64,000 nucleotides of DNA, taken from contig OX597814.1 in assembly GCA_951406725.2 (NCBI GenBank), positions 197,904,001 through 197,968,000 of the forward strand, given 5' to 3'. The notes beneath the pieces were generated by a model, which did not search any database, was not told the origin of the DNA, and saw only the letters and a list, made by a program, of their open reading frames with translations. Below are positions 1 to 11,622 of the stretch, in pieces. A program made the position numbers and the translations under genes. Positions within the stretch are counted from its first letter, which is position 1. Each line of letters opens with the position of its first letter. This DNA comes from Octopus vulgaris. Its lineage: Eukaryota.

Positions 1-740
1 GTGTCTGCGTGAGCGTGTGCGAGATGTGTGTAGGAGTATATGTATTTATTTATGTCTACATATATGAATTCTATATATGACTATACATGTATATGTGTGT
101 GTATATATATATATATACGACATATACATGTGTATATATACGACATATGTATATGCAACAAGTATACATATACATCATAATATGTATTATATATAAATAT
201 CTTATATATAATCTAATATATGTATATATATGTGTGTGTGTGTGTGTGTATGTGTATGTACCGCATTGATAGTTCATCATATGAAATGTACGTATATGTG
301 TATATGTATGTATATACATATATACACATATATACATACACAGGTATACATATATGTATACACATATATATATATATACATGTATACACATATTTATACA
401 CATACATATATACACACATACATATATATACACACACATATATATATACACACACACATATATATACACACACATATATATACACATATATATACACACA
501 CACATATATACATTCATATGTATATATATATATATACACACACACACATATATACACACACATATATACACATACACATACATATATACACATACACACA
601 CATACACATATACTCACATACACATATACACATATACACATATACACACATACACATATACACACATACATACACATACATACATACATATACATACATA
701 CATACATACATACATACATACATGCATACATACTTATACA
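1..740. repeat. Compound (TA)/(CA)/(TACA) microsatellite
   Basis: Directly visible; all overlapping ORFs are Y/I/H/T/C/V low-complexity translations. Confidence 0.95.
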
Positions 741-830
741 CAAGCAAAACGCCCCCGTATAATGGACGTTACTGAGTTGTCAAACATTTAAACCAAATTT
801 TCTCAAAACAACTTGTCCGACCGTCCCATA
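741..830 (-). mobile_element. Probable 3' end of a non-autonomous Helitron
   Basis: Minus strand ends cgtccattatacgggggcgttttgCTTG-T (hairpin plus CTAG-like end); the same caaaacgcccccgt terminus recurs at about 31360. Confidence 0.4.
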
Positions 831-1034
831 GGCCTCCCCTTTGAGAAACACTGATTTAACCTAAATTTGAGACACAAGCAAAAGAAGAAATAAAGATAGA
901 CTTTTCTTCTATTCCAAAGAAAAACGATTTTATTCACACAAATATGCAACCGAAGAGTTTAAAGAACCAGTATTGATAAGGCTGTTGACTGGAAGAACGC
1001 AAACATGGTTTAAACAATAAGTTTGACAGGAAAG

Positions 1035-1332
1035 AAACGTGCCTTTAAGCAGTACAAAAACAACAAAAAATGGAAGGTGCAGTTATGTACAGGTTGACGG
1101 TCTCGCGTGCGCGTAGTATCGATCGCAACAGCTGATGTACTTGCGCGTACAAATGCACGTTCCCACGGTTTTATCGATCGTATTCTCACCTGCAATCGAT
1201 TTTTGTAATTTTTTCAAGACTTTTACACGCCCTGATACCGTCGGTATCTACATATCAAATTTGAGCGCAGTCGGATGGAGGATGCCCGAGATCCTAGAAG
1301 ACACACAGACAGAACGGATTTTATATAATAGA
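1035..1332 (-). mobile_element. 5' part of a non-autonomous Helitron
   Basis: Minus strand begins A|TCTATTATATAAAA followed by ctgtctgtgtg...caaatttg, a typical Helitron 5' end; abuts (TA)n. Confidence 0.6.
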
Positions 1333-1473
1333 TATATATATATGTATCTATGTATGTATATATCTGTACGTATGTATATATATATATACATATGATGTGT
1401 GTGCATATATATATATATATATATATACATATGATGTGTGTGTGTATATATATATATGTGGGAGGTATGTATA

Positions 1474-1790
1474 TAGTCAATCCAAACATGAACAAGCAAG
1501 AAAAAACAACAACATGAGGATGTGGTACAAGTACTGTGTTATTGGACGCTCAGGAAAGGAAAGAAAAGAAAGAGGATTTGACGTTTCGAGCGGAGCTCTT
1601 CATCAGAAATATAGAAAAAGTCCAAAGAAGGGAAGACGGAGAAAGAAAATCGCCAACGATACACACGCGGTTACATATTGAAATGACCGGAAGGAAATGG
1701 GTGAAGAAAAAGTTCTTTCAAAGACAGGAATGTGCAAAAATGTGTGTATGTGGGGGTATGTGCGTGCCCGCAGGTCTGTGTGTGTGAGTG
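1474..1790 (-). mobile_element. Penelope-like pseudo-LTR fragment
   Basis: Homologous to 28789-28950, borders (TA)n and carries a hammerhead-like motif. Confidence 0.65.
1576..1610 (-). ncRNA. Minimal type-I hammerhead ribozyme motif
   Basis: Minus strand: attt CTGATGA A GAGC tcc GCTC GAAA CG TC aaat. Confidence 0.7.
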
Positions 1791-1979
1791 TAATGATAGC
1801 ACGTGTGTGTGTGTGATTGTGGCTGTTTATGTATGTGTATGGTTGGTCTAAATAGCGTTTAAGGTCATAGGAAGATTTTATAGTAAGAGTTTTAGTAGGA
1901 GTGGCTCCTCTTGTGTGTCTACCTACACATGTGTGTAAGTGAATGGTCAGTAGAAAGGTACTGGTAGTTTGAAATATGT

Positions 1980-2045
1980 TTGTGTGCGTGTATGTATATG
2001 TAGTGTGTGTGTGTGTGTGTGTGTGTTTTCCTTGCAGTGTGTAAG

Positions 2046-2091
<46 letters not shown>

Positions 2092-2132
2092 TACGTATGT
2101 GTGTGTGTATATATATATATACTTGATGAAAG

Positions 2133-2212
<80 letters not shown>
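1980..2212. repeat. (GT)n and (AGAT)n microsatellites
   Basis: Directly visible. Confidence 0.95.
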
Positions 2213-2213
<1 letters not shown>

Positions 2214-2986
2214 CGCGCGCACTAGATGAAAGTTGAAATAATTTTTCCATCTACAGTATTTCCCAGTTATTGAAAGCCAACTTAATAATTGTTTAAACCT
2301 TCTATTGTTGTTGATGTTTTTAACATTACAAAAAGAAATATTTACAGAATTTCATAATGCATCTTGTGTTTGATTTAAACAAACGAATCAACGTACAATG
2401 CAAACACGTAATTAACAAAACTGAACTGAATAACTGCATCTATTTGACAATTCAATCATTTTAAATCGATAAGAAATTTAGTTCATATCATAGATTATTC
2501 TTTATCTGCTATGGAAGAGCAGATAACATTACTTTCGAGGTATAAAAAATATATATATAATTTGAATACTCTTTGTAGTTATTTTCTACGGAGTATTACA
2601 AAGTCGTAGCGTTTCATAACATATACAGACTATGGCGGACGCTGTTATTATGTGTATACATTACAGCACTCCAGTTACATCAGTAACAAAATCGTTAATT
2701 ATTGTAATCAATGGTACAATAAAATTGTTCCTGAAACATCAAAAAGTTACCATTAAACTTACTATTATGCCGACCACTTATTACCATTCTTCCGACCAAA
2801 TTTCTTTGAAAAGTCGGGAGAAAATCAAATTATCCAAATCGATGAATATGTATTATCAATACATAATCATCAAATTATTATATTTCTCACTTTCGCTTTT
2901 TTATGTGTGTGTTTTTTTTTATATATCTGAAGGCAATTTTCGAATAACATTTTAAATCATTAAGTGCATGTGTATAGACAAGACGT

Positions 2987-3017
<31 letters not shown>

Positions 3018-3210
3018 GGAAAGAGAGATAGATAGATAGATGGCTAGATAGCTAGATAGATGGATAGATAGATGGCTAGATAGATACATACATACATAAA
3101 TACATACATAAATACATACGTGCATACATACATACATACATACATACATACATACATACATACATACATACATACATACATACATACATACATACATACA
3201 TACATACATA
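2987..3210. repeat. (GA)n, (AGAT)n and (ATAC)n microsatellites
   Basis: Directly visible. Confidence 0.95.
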
Positions 3211-3561
3211 GACATATTAGGTGTGAGCAGTTGTATATTTGAGTACGAGAAACTACTCGTATTTACGATATCCTCCACATTAATACCATCAATAATTGAG
3301 ATTTTTTCTAATCAAATTCATGGACGAAGCATTTTTTTTTTATTTAAGATCCTACTGATATTGATCTCAAACTTGAGTTCACTTTGTTGGGAATCGTTAG
3401 AAATACTATCGTTGAGAAGACTGCATCGAAAACATAAGAGTAAATATGAAAAACAATGAAAACAAAATCGAAATGTTTCTTCGAGTTGTGAACTCGAAAT
3501 GACTTTTCTGGCGACAATAAAATAGCAAAATGTTGGTTATATGAATGGAAAGAAAATATAT

Positions 3562-3783
3562 ATTTCTTTACTACCCACAAGGGACTACACACAGAGGGGA
3601 CAAACAAACGGATTAAGTCGATTACATCAACCCCAGTGCGTAACTGGTACTTTATTTATCGACCCCGAAAGGATGAAAGGCAAAGTGAACCTCGGCGGAA
3701 TTTGAACTCAGAACGTAACGGCGGACGAAATACGGCTACGCATTTCGTCTGGCGTGCTAACGTTTCTGCCAGCTCGCCGCCTT
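3562..3783 (-). mobile_element. SINE family B (tRNA-like head GGCGGCGAGCTGGCAG, Meta/MESC-like central domain)
   Basis: A/B-box head, central gcctttcatcctttcggggtcgataaa, flanking direct repeat aatggaaagaaaatata; many copies in the window. Confidence 0.85.
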
Positions 3784-4060
3784 TTAAATGGAAAGAAAAT
3801 ATACTGGGATGAGCTTCTAACAACGATAAATTATTTCAGTGCGATACAATTATTCCATTTACGCCAATAAGTAACATTTGTTGAGAGCAAATGCAGTGTT
3901 GATTATAGCAATTTTTTCCACCAATGAGAGAGCAGTGCATAAATAACACACGAACATTCTCCGAGATCAGTGGTTCACAACCGTGATCCATACGGCTCTT
4001 CGGGGTCCATATAAGGTTTTGTTGTTAAAATTTATGTTCAATATATTGGTTTTCTACAAT

Positions 4061-4172
4061 ACGTCTTGGTGCTGTTTTTCTCACTGATGGTTCCCAACTG
4101 ACCCTACTATACTGTATAGTTGACAAAATCAAAGACAAACAATGCGCATGCACGAAATTAAAAATACAACAA
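4061..4172 (-). mobile_element. Fragment of the 5' region of the DD37D (maT) transposon
   Basis: Reverse-complement match to about 9628-9735; bounded by a 29-bp direct repeat. Confidence 0.8.
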
Positions 4173-4389
4173 TTATGTTCAATATATTGGTTTTCTACAA
4201 TGAACAAAACATTTTAACAATTTTTTATACAATTCTTAATAATATTTATGAAAATATAAAAGAATTATTATGAAGCATTGTGTAGAATATATTGCATAAA
4301 GGATCGTGGGTAAGGCCAGAACAATGCTAAGTAAATACAGGGTAAATCACAAGAAAACAAATATATGAATTAATGTAGACTTACCTTGT

Positions 4390-4665
4390 ATTCAATATTT
4401 CGGGGTTATGACTCCATTTTCAAGAAAGTAAGCGAATGTTGCCGATGTGTGTGTGAGCGTGTGTGGAGTGGACATACGCGGAAAGATGTTGCTAAAGCAA
4501 CCAGCCAGCTTCCTGTATCTCTCTTCTGTTGTTGATCTTATGTTTGTCTTGGTGTATGAGGATGGCCTCAGAGATTCTAAGGTTCCGTTGCGTTGATGTG
4601 CACTGTGAATTCCTGGGTCTGGCATTTCCGTAGTTGTTTTTTCACGGATTTTTAGAACATCAAAT
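4390..4665 (-). pseudogene. Penelope-like GIY-YIG C-terminal remnant
   Basis: Frameshifted translation RISEAILIHQDKHKINNR resembles the EA.I...LN end of PLE endonucleases. Confidence 0.5.
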
Positions 4666-5657
4666 GGTCACGGGGGTCCATCTCAGTAAAATAGGAACCA
4701 AAGGGCTACATACGTAAAAATTGGTTTATAACTACCTTGAAATAAGGCTGACCGTTCATTCCAATGTCTCGGTTGTGACGATAACAACAACCACGGTAGT
4801 AGATGTGTCGCGAGCTGCAATAGGGAAAAGTAAAAGAGATTGAAAAGTATTTTCGATTAAATATTTCAAGAAAAGATTATTTTGGTTTTTAATACTCCTG
4901 ACACATTACAAGCCATGTTTGGTTAGCATTAATAAGAGGCCTACTAAGCTGATGCTGTCGACGATTAACATCGTAAGTGAATATTTACAACAGAATAATA
5001 TCTCTTCATGTTGGCAAATAACTACTTGTTTGTATGCCCTTATCGTAACTCCTAAGCTGTACCTTTACAGAAACTAAATAAGTAATCAAAACTAAAACAA
5101 TGGAAAGATTCTATATCGGATTAAACGGAAAACAAGGTCGTTGGTTTATGAAAGTCTATCAGTTATATAATAACGCATTTCCTGTACAAACAAACAATTA
5201 ATTATATCGATCGATAATTTTTTTTAATAAAACAATTTTAAGAGAGATTGTAAAAAGGGAACATTTTACTCTAAATTTATCACGCTTAAACTGGTTTAAA
5301 AACTGTCAGTATCACAGGAGAGTAGTTGAAATATAATTAACCACATGGAAACTCAATCGAAATCAATAAGCTATCTACATAGATGCGAGGATACTGTCGA
5401 TGAAAGACATAGAGACTCCTTTTCATGAAGAAAGAGATTTATTTTCAGCAGGTTTTGAATGACAGCACTTCATTAATTGCAGCAAACACGAACGATATAG
5501 CCGAGCGCGGAAACAGAGAATCGTAACTACTATCGGGCTACACGTAACGTATATCTCTATAGCCAGGAGACAACGGAAGTGACGATGGTTTTATCACCGA
5601 AGACCCTGATGCACTGACCTCCACACAAACAACGAGCAATCTTGAAACGTTCGTTGT

Positions 5658-5922
5658 CTGGAAACTGAAAGAAGCCCATCATGTATGAGTGTGTGTGTGT
5701 GTGTGTGTGTGTATTTGCGTGTCTGTGCTTGTCCCCCCATCGCTTGACAACCGATGTTGGTGTGTTTGTGTCTCCGAAACTTAGCGGTTCGGAAAAAGAC
5801 ACCGATAAAATAAGTACAAGGGTTACAAAGAATAAGTCCTGGGGTCGATTTCTTCGACTAAAGACGGTGCTCCAGCGCGGCCGCGGTCAAATGATTGAAA
5901 CGTGTAAAAGAGGATAAAAGAA
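5658..5922 (+). mobile_element. SINE family A, 3' part
   Basis: Matches the 3' half of the full copy at 11221-11622. Confidence 0.85.
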
Positions 5923-6345
5923 TATACACACAGACACATATACATTCACATTTAATGACGCACAGATACACACATACATACACGCACAGATACACATATA
6001 CGCACAGATACACATATACGCACAGATACACACATACATACACACACAGATACACATATACGCAGATACACACATACATACACGCACAGATACACAGATA
6101 CATACACGCACAGATACACATATACTCACAGATACACACATACATACACGCACAGATACACATATACGCACAGATACACACATACATACACGCACAGATG
6201 CACAGATACACACATACATACACGCACACATACACACACGCACATATACACATACATACACGCACGCACAGATACATACATACACGCACGCACGCACACA
6301 TACATGCATGCACGCACACACACACACATACATACATACATGCAT
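5923..6345. repeat. CA-rich minisatellite (acgcacagatacacac units)
   Basis: Directly visible. Confidence 0.9.
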
Positions 6346-6740
6346 ACAAGTCTGCATTAGCAATACACAAAACTCCGACTGTAACACCAAGACAATAATT
6401 CCAACAGACAAAAAAGAATTTCAGCACCCGTCTTACTCAAGTTTGAGAGCCCTAAAATAACATCATTATTAGGACAGTTAATGAAGTTAAAGAGAAACAT
6501 GAAATAAAAGTTGGCACAGATCTTCTTCCCATGAACATTTGAAAATCCTATTCAACCCTGCAACAAAATGAAAAAGAAACGATACAAATTCACTGAATTT
6601 GTTGTCGTGGATACTTAAAACAATAAACTCAGATCATAGAAAAAAAATAAACCACGGCAAAAACCTAGAAGGGAATACCGACAAGGCTATGACATTTCAC
6701 CATGAATGTCACCTCTATACAATCCAAAAGCGAGAAGTGC

Positions 6741-6778
<38 letters not shown>

Positions 6779-6874
6779 ACAGACAGAAATTATGGACAGT
6801 TAAATTTAGGTTATACAAAGCCAAAACCGAAAGCACGAGCTCCATCACTGCCAGCTGGGAAAGAATCTCCTTTA

Positions 6875-7087
6875 GATATTGGTCTCAAATTTTGGCACAA
6901 AGGCAGCAAGCTCACGGGATGGAAAATATCGATTACATCGGCCCCAGGATTCATCTGGCATTTATTTTATCGACTCGGAATGGTTGAAAGGCAAAGTCAA
7001 CTGCGGCGGAATTTGAACTCAGAACGTAAAGACAGACTGCTAAGCATTTTGCCCGGCATGCTAACGATTCTGCCAGCTCGCCGCCTT
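6875..7087 (-). mobile_element. SINE family B, diverged copy
   Basis: ggcaaagtcaact...gaatttgaactcagaacgt...ctgccagctcgccgcc. Confidence 0.8.
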
Positions 7088-7149
7088 ACAAAGTATCCTA
7101 TATTGGAGTAACAGTCGCTATGATTGGATGCTAAATCCACAAGGTTTTT

Positions 7150-7312
7150 TTATCTATTTATTTCATCGTGTTCCTTTCTGTTGAAGAGCATAGGCTCGAA
7201 ACATAAAAGACTTCCTCACCTTCCCGAGCGTCAAACTAATACACCTGCTAGTTGTTTATATACCCGTCTTCGTCTTTTCTTTTTCTGTAAATTTCAACTA
7301 ACAACTACTATA
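7150..7312 (+). mobile_element. Penelope-like pseudo-LTR fragment with hammerhead-like motif (7174-7210)
   Basis: cttt CTGTTGA A GAGC atag GCTC GAAA CA TA aaag; homologous to 12077-12256 and 41905-42075. Confidence 0.65.
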
Positions 7313-7757
7313 TTAGATCTTACTTTGAAAAGTATGTTTTTGTAATCTAGGAACAGGAATAGCAAAATACCTGATGCACAAAACAGATGAGATTACAAGT
7401 GTCAAGTAAAATAAAGCCGCCGAAGATATGATACTCAAAAATAGATGTTTCAAAAAATATCATGCTTTTTGTATAGCAACATGGCATGATGCGGCCAAAA
7501 CACTATACAATGCAATCTATAGAAAGTTTAGTTTTGAAGATCGAATTACGGTGATGTGGATAGTATCCTCACTCTTAATATGAAAGAATAACGGCGCCAG
7601 TAAAAATACTTTGAAGTTATAATTACAACAAATCAGAAATAATGCTCTCGAAGAAAAGACATTGTGCAGTGCAGAAATCAACTGTACAGTAGGCGTTACA
7701 GATAAAACCAATCCATTATGGCGAACTAATGAGAAAACCCTGTAAACTACACCGGTC

Positions 7758-8180
7758 CTCCGTCAATTTCGACGAGGAGCATTTTCAATTATTCAATCAA
7801 CTGGATGAACCTGATTACTCAATGAACTTCAATGAGTATTTTACACGTTATAGGCTCGTTTATCGGCAAGGCAATCCTTAGGTCGAATCATGCTGGGTCC
7901 TTAAATTATGTGCACCCTACATTTGATAGGCTCCACATAGTTTCATTCACAAATTTGGGATATAAGTGTGTGTACGCGCGCATACACTTACACATAGAAG
8001 TATAAGGAGTATTTTACACGTTATAGGCTCGTTTATCGGCAAGGCAATCCTTAGGTCGAATCATGCTGGGTCCTTAAATTATGTGCACCCTACATTTGAT
8101 AGGCTCCACATAGTTTAATTCATAAATTTGGGATATAAGTGTGTGTACGCGCGCATACACTTACACATAGACGTATAAGG
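7758..8180 (+). repeat. Unclassified repeat with a 173-bp tandem duplication
   Basis: 7834-8006 is nearly identical to 8007-8179; a diverged copy lies at 9355-9597. Confidence 0.85.
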
Positions 8181-8310
8181 AGTGGCTGTGTGGTAAGTAG
8201 CTTGCTTACAAACCACATGGTTCCGGGTTCAGTCCCACTGCGTGACACCTTGAGCAAGTGTATTCTACTATAGCCTCGGACCGACCAAAGCCTTGTGAGT
8301 GGATTTGGTA
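8178..8310 (+). mobile_element. SINE family A, 5' part
   Basis: aggagtggctgtgtggtaagtagcttgc...gggttcagtcccactgcg. Confidence 0.85.
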
Positions 8311-8449
8311 TGTGTATGTGTGTGTATATGTTTGTGTGTCTGTGTATATGTTTGTGTGTCAAATGCCTCAAACAAGTAAAAGAGAAACTTAAATTTATAT
8401 TGACGAACTTGAAAGCCATGAGTTTCAGAGTCTTTACTGCTATGAACAC

Positions 8450-8605
8450 AATGCTAAGCGGATGTTCTTGGTTCTTTATACCCTGAGTTCCAGTTCAGCC
8501 GAAGTCGACTTTGCCTTTCATCCTTCCAGGGTTGATAAAATAAGTACCAATGAAGCACTGGGGTCGATGTAATCGACTGTCGTACCCACTAAAATTTCAG
8601 GCCTT
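8450..8605 (+). mobile_element. SINE family B, partial
   Basis: gtcgactttgcctttcatccttccagggttgataaaataagtacc. Confidence 0.75.
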
Positions 8606-8692
8606 AAAACAGTTATCGAGGAATTTGGTTTTGTAACCAAGAGTCACAGTACCGATCCAGAAATGATGTGGAATAACTTAACTGATTAGAAA

Positions 8693-9009
8693 AACGTTAA
8701 ACGTTGCTCTTTTCAAGCCTAGCCAGGCTCATGGGCCCAGTTTCCCGGTTTCTGTGGCATATATGATCTCCCCAGCTGGACGGGACGCCAGTCCAGCGCA
8801 GCATTACTCAAGAAACAGGAAGAGAGGGTGAGAGAAAGTTGTGGCGAAATATTACAACAGGGGTCGCCACCATCCGCTGCCGGAGCCTCGTAGAGCTTTT
8901 AGGTGTTTTCGCTCAATAAACACACACAGCGCCTGATCTGGGAATTGAAACTGCGATCCTCCGGCCGCGAGTCCGCTGCCCTAACCACTGGGCCATTGCG
9001 CCTCTACAC
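8693..9009 (-). mobile_element. SINE family C (tRNA-derived, head GAGGCGCAATGGCCCAGTGG)
   Basis: A/B-box head; 13-bp target-site duplication aactgattagaaa at 8680 and 9010. Confidence 0.9.
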
Positions 9010-9114
9010 AACTGATTAGAAAGTTGCTTGTAAACATCGATGTTTGTATATCTGTTATCTTCGTTTACATACGGCAGAATAAACTCATGAAATGTTTTAC
9101 GTTTTATACAGTAT

Positions 9115-9303
9115 TAAAGTTCTATTAATGGATCTTGAGTGCAATTTTCTAATTAGTCACGCCCTTTTGGGTTCCATTAATTTGTCACGCTCTTTTGGGT
9201 TCTTGTGAAACTTGGTCCTGAGGCTGTTAATGGTACAAAAAGAACCCTAATTATCACTTGACAAATTAGAAAATTGCAGTTACGAGTCATTAATGGAACC
9301 CTA
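9115..9303. mobile_element. Small inverted-repeat MITE (TAGGG-type, hAT-like)
   Basis: Right end attaatggaacccta; inverted arms tgcaattttctaat / attagaaaattgca. Confidence 0.5.
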
Positions 9304-9354
9304 ATGCCATGCAGAATATCCCAGAAGGATTAATTTGCCTGTAACAAATGGACC

Positions 9355-9597
9355 CTCCGTCAATTTCGACGAGGAGCATATTCAACTATTCAATCAACTG
9401 GATGAACTTGATTACTCAATGAACCGCAATGAGTATTTTACACGCTATAGATACGTTATCGGCAAGGCAATCCTGAGGTCAAATCATGCTAGGTCCTTAA
9501 ATTATGTGTACCCTACGTTTGAAAGGCTCCACATAGTTTCACTCACAAATTTGGAATATATGTGTATGCGCGCATACACTTACTCATAAAAGTATAT
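9355..9597 (+). repeat. Diverged copy of the 7758-8004 repeat
   Basis: Colinear similarity over about 240 bp. Confidence 0.85.
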
Positions 9598-9598
9598 A

Positions 9599-10248
9599 CA
9601 GGGTGCGACGGGTAAATTGTCGCCATTTTGTATTTTTAATTTCGTGCATGCGGATTGTTTATTTTTGATTTTGTCAACTATACAGTATAGTAGGGTCAGT
9701 TGGGCATCGTTAGTGAGAAAAACAGCACCATGACGCAATTCATTCTGCTAGAAATTTGGAAACGACCTACTGTACTGTTTGACATTTGTGCATGAAGCTC
9801 CAGTATGAACATTTCATAGTGTTTGGGTGTCGATCTGAGAACATGTACCGAGAGTGATAAAAATCAAACTTCCAGTCAATATCATGATGTTTGGAGTGAT
9901 CAGTAGTGATGGCGACGTTATGCCTCCATCTTCCCACACGGCCTCACATTCAGCACAGAGGCCTACATCAAATACCTGGAGGAGGTAGTGCTGCCCTGGG
10001 TCAAGAGGGTGGCTGCTGTAAGACCCTATGTCTGGTAACAGGACTCTGCACCAACCACACAAGCAGGAGAAGCCAGTCGTGGCTGTCAGACGATTTCTGA
10101 GACCGCATCACCCCTAACATCTGGCCACCTAACTCCCCAGACTGCAGCCCCCTTGATTATTATGTGTGAGGCGCATTTGAACGAGAGACCATCAAAACAC
10201 CAAAGATGAACTGAAGGCATGGATTATAGCAGCATTCACCAACTTGTA
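9599..10248 (+). mobile_element. Decayed Tc1/mariner DD37D (maT) transposon
   Basis: TA|CAGGGTG terminus; broken translation MMFGVISSDGDVMPP...YLEEVVLPWVK...QDSAP...IWPPNSPDCSPLDYYV; 37 residues between the second and third catalytic Asp after repairing one frameshift. Confidence 0.85.
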
Positions 10249-10264
10249 CCAATTAACTGACAGT

Positions 10265-10525
10265 CTATTCCTGACGCTTTCATATCTTGAAGTTTTTCTA
10301 TCTCACATGTATCACCATTCACACAGTAAATTTAGCGTAATGTAAAGACATTACATCGTTTGGAGGTTTTTTCTAGCAACACTATCCTAGTTGATCTTCT
10401 TTCGGTATATGTGTGCAAGATTCAACCTTTATTCTTTTTTGCGTAATACAAGCCGGTCATTAAATTGATAGTCTTTCGTTTAAGTCGGACAGCATTTGGT
10501 GCTTGGGAAAATCTGAATTAGTGTT

Positions 10526-10528
<3 letters not shown>
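10265..10528 (-). pseudogene. Highly decayed Penelope-like ORF remnant
   Basis: FPKHQ... and RCN...CVNG.C motifs resembling the PLE RT-to-endonuclease linker; many stops. Confidence 0.35.
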
Positions 10529-10583
<55 letters not shown>

Positions 10584-10647
10584 TAAACAGCTGCAATACC
10601 GTTTCTTTGATAAACGCAGTCACTGTATTAAGATAGACAGATAGGTT

Positions 10648-10831
10648 TAAGAGACAAAATCACCCTCAAGCAACTCATCATTAAACGACATTATCCACGG
10701 TAGGTACATATAGGACTAGATATTAAAAATTATTAAAATTAATATCTACAATTCTTATTCTAAATCATATATTACATTATGTGGATAATGTCGTTCAATA
10801 ATGATTGAGTTGCTTGAGGGTGATTCTGTCT

Positions 10832-10835
<4 letters not shown>
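10648..10835. repeat. Inverted repeat with about 50-bp arms between (TA)n tracts
   Basis: taagagacaaaatcaccctcaagcaactc...ttatccac versus gtggataa...gagttgcttgagggtgattctgtctctta. Confidence 0.9.
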
Positions 10836-10887
<52 letters not shown>

Positions 10888-10959
10888 ATACAGTGAGTAA
10901 TTCAATTTTAGTACCACTAAATTGAACTTCTCTCCCCTGTGGACTCGGAAATAACTCTC

Positions 10960-10994
<35 letters not shown>

Positions 10995-10998
<4 letters not shown>

Positions 10999-11152
10999 TT
11001 TTATAAGCTTAAAGCTTATAGTGATCACTGCGCGATGACTAAAGAAAATAGTCTCATAATGGAGCCATCGAGTGCTTATATGCCCCATTATCAGACTATT
11101 TTCTTTAGTAATCCCCCGATGATTGCTATAAGCTTTAAGCTTATAAAATACT
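10995..11152. repeat. Imperfect palindrome of about 158 bp
   Basis: tagtattttataagctt...aagcttataaaatacta with inner arms actaaagaaaatagtct / agactattttctttagt. Confidence 0.9.
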
Positions 11153-11220
11153 ATTATTATTTACAGAATTGTAAAAATCGACAATGCTTAACAAAAACCT
11201 TCGCAGTAAACATATATATA

Positions 11221-11622
11221 GGCGCAGGAGTGGCTGTGTGGTAAGTAGCTTGCTAACCAACCACATGGTTCCGGGTTCAGTCCCACTGTGTGACATCTTG
11301 GGCAAGTGTCTTCTGCTATAGCCCCGGGCCGACCAATGCCTTGTAAGTGGATTTGGTAGACGGAAACTGAAAGAAGCCTGTCGTATATATGTATATATAT
11401 ATGTGTGTGTATGTTTGTGTGTCTGTTTGTCCCCCTAGCATTGCTTGACAACCGATGCTGGTGTGTTTACGTCCCCGTCACTTAGTGGTTAGGCAAAAGA
11501 GACCGATAGAATAAGTACTGTGCTTACAAAGAATAAGTCCCGAGGTCGATTTGATCGACTAAAGGCGGTGCTCCAACATAGCCGCGGTCAAAATGACTGA
11601 AACAAGTAAAGGAGTAAAGGAG
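11221..11622 (+). mobile_element. SINE family A, full length
   Basis: tRNA-like head GGCGCAGGAGTGGCTGTGTGG / GGGTTCAGTCCC, CORE-like cttgggcaagtg, internal microsatellite, (agtaaagg) tail, inserted in (TA)n. Confidence 0.9.

Larger units (their letters stand above)
3968..4737. mobile_element. Degenerate hAT-like MITE with nested inserts
   Basis: Left TIR cagtggttcacaacc, degenerate right TIR ggtttataactacct, internal ggggtcca motifs. Confidence 0.55.
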
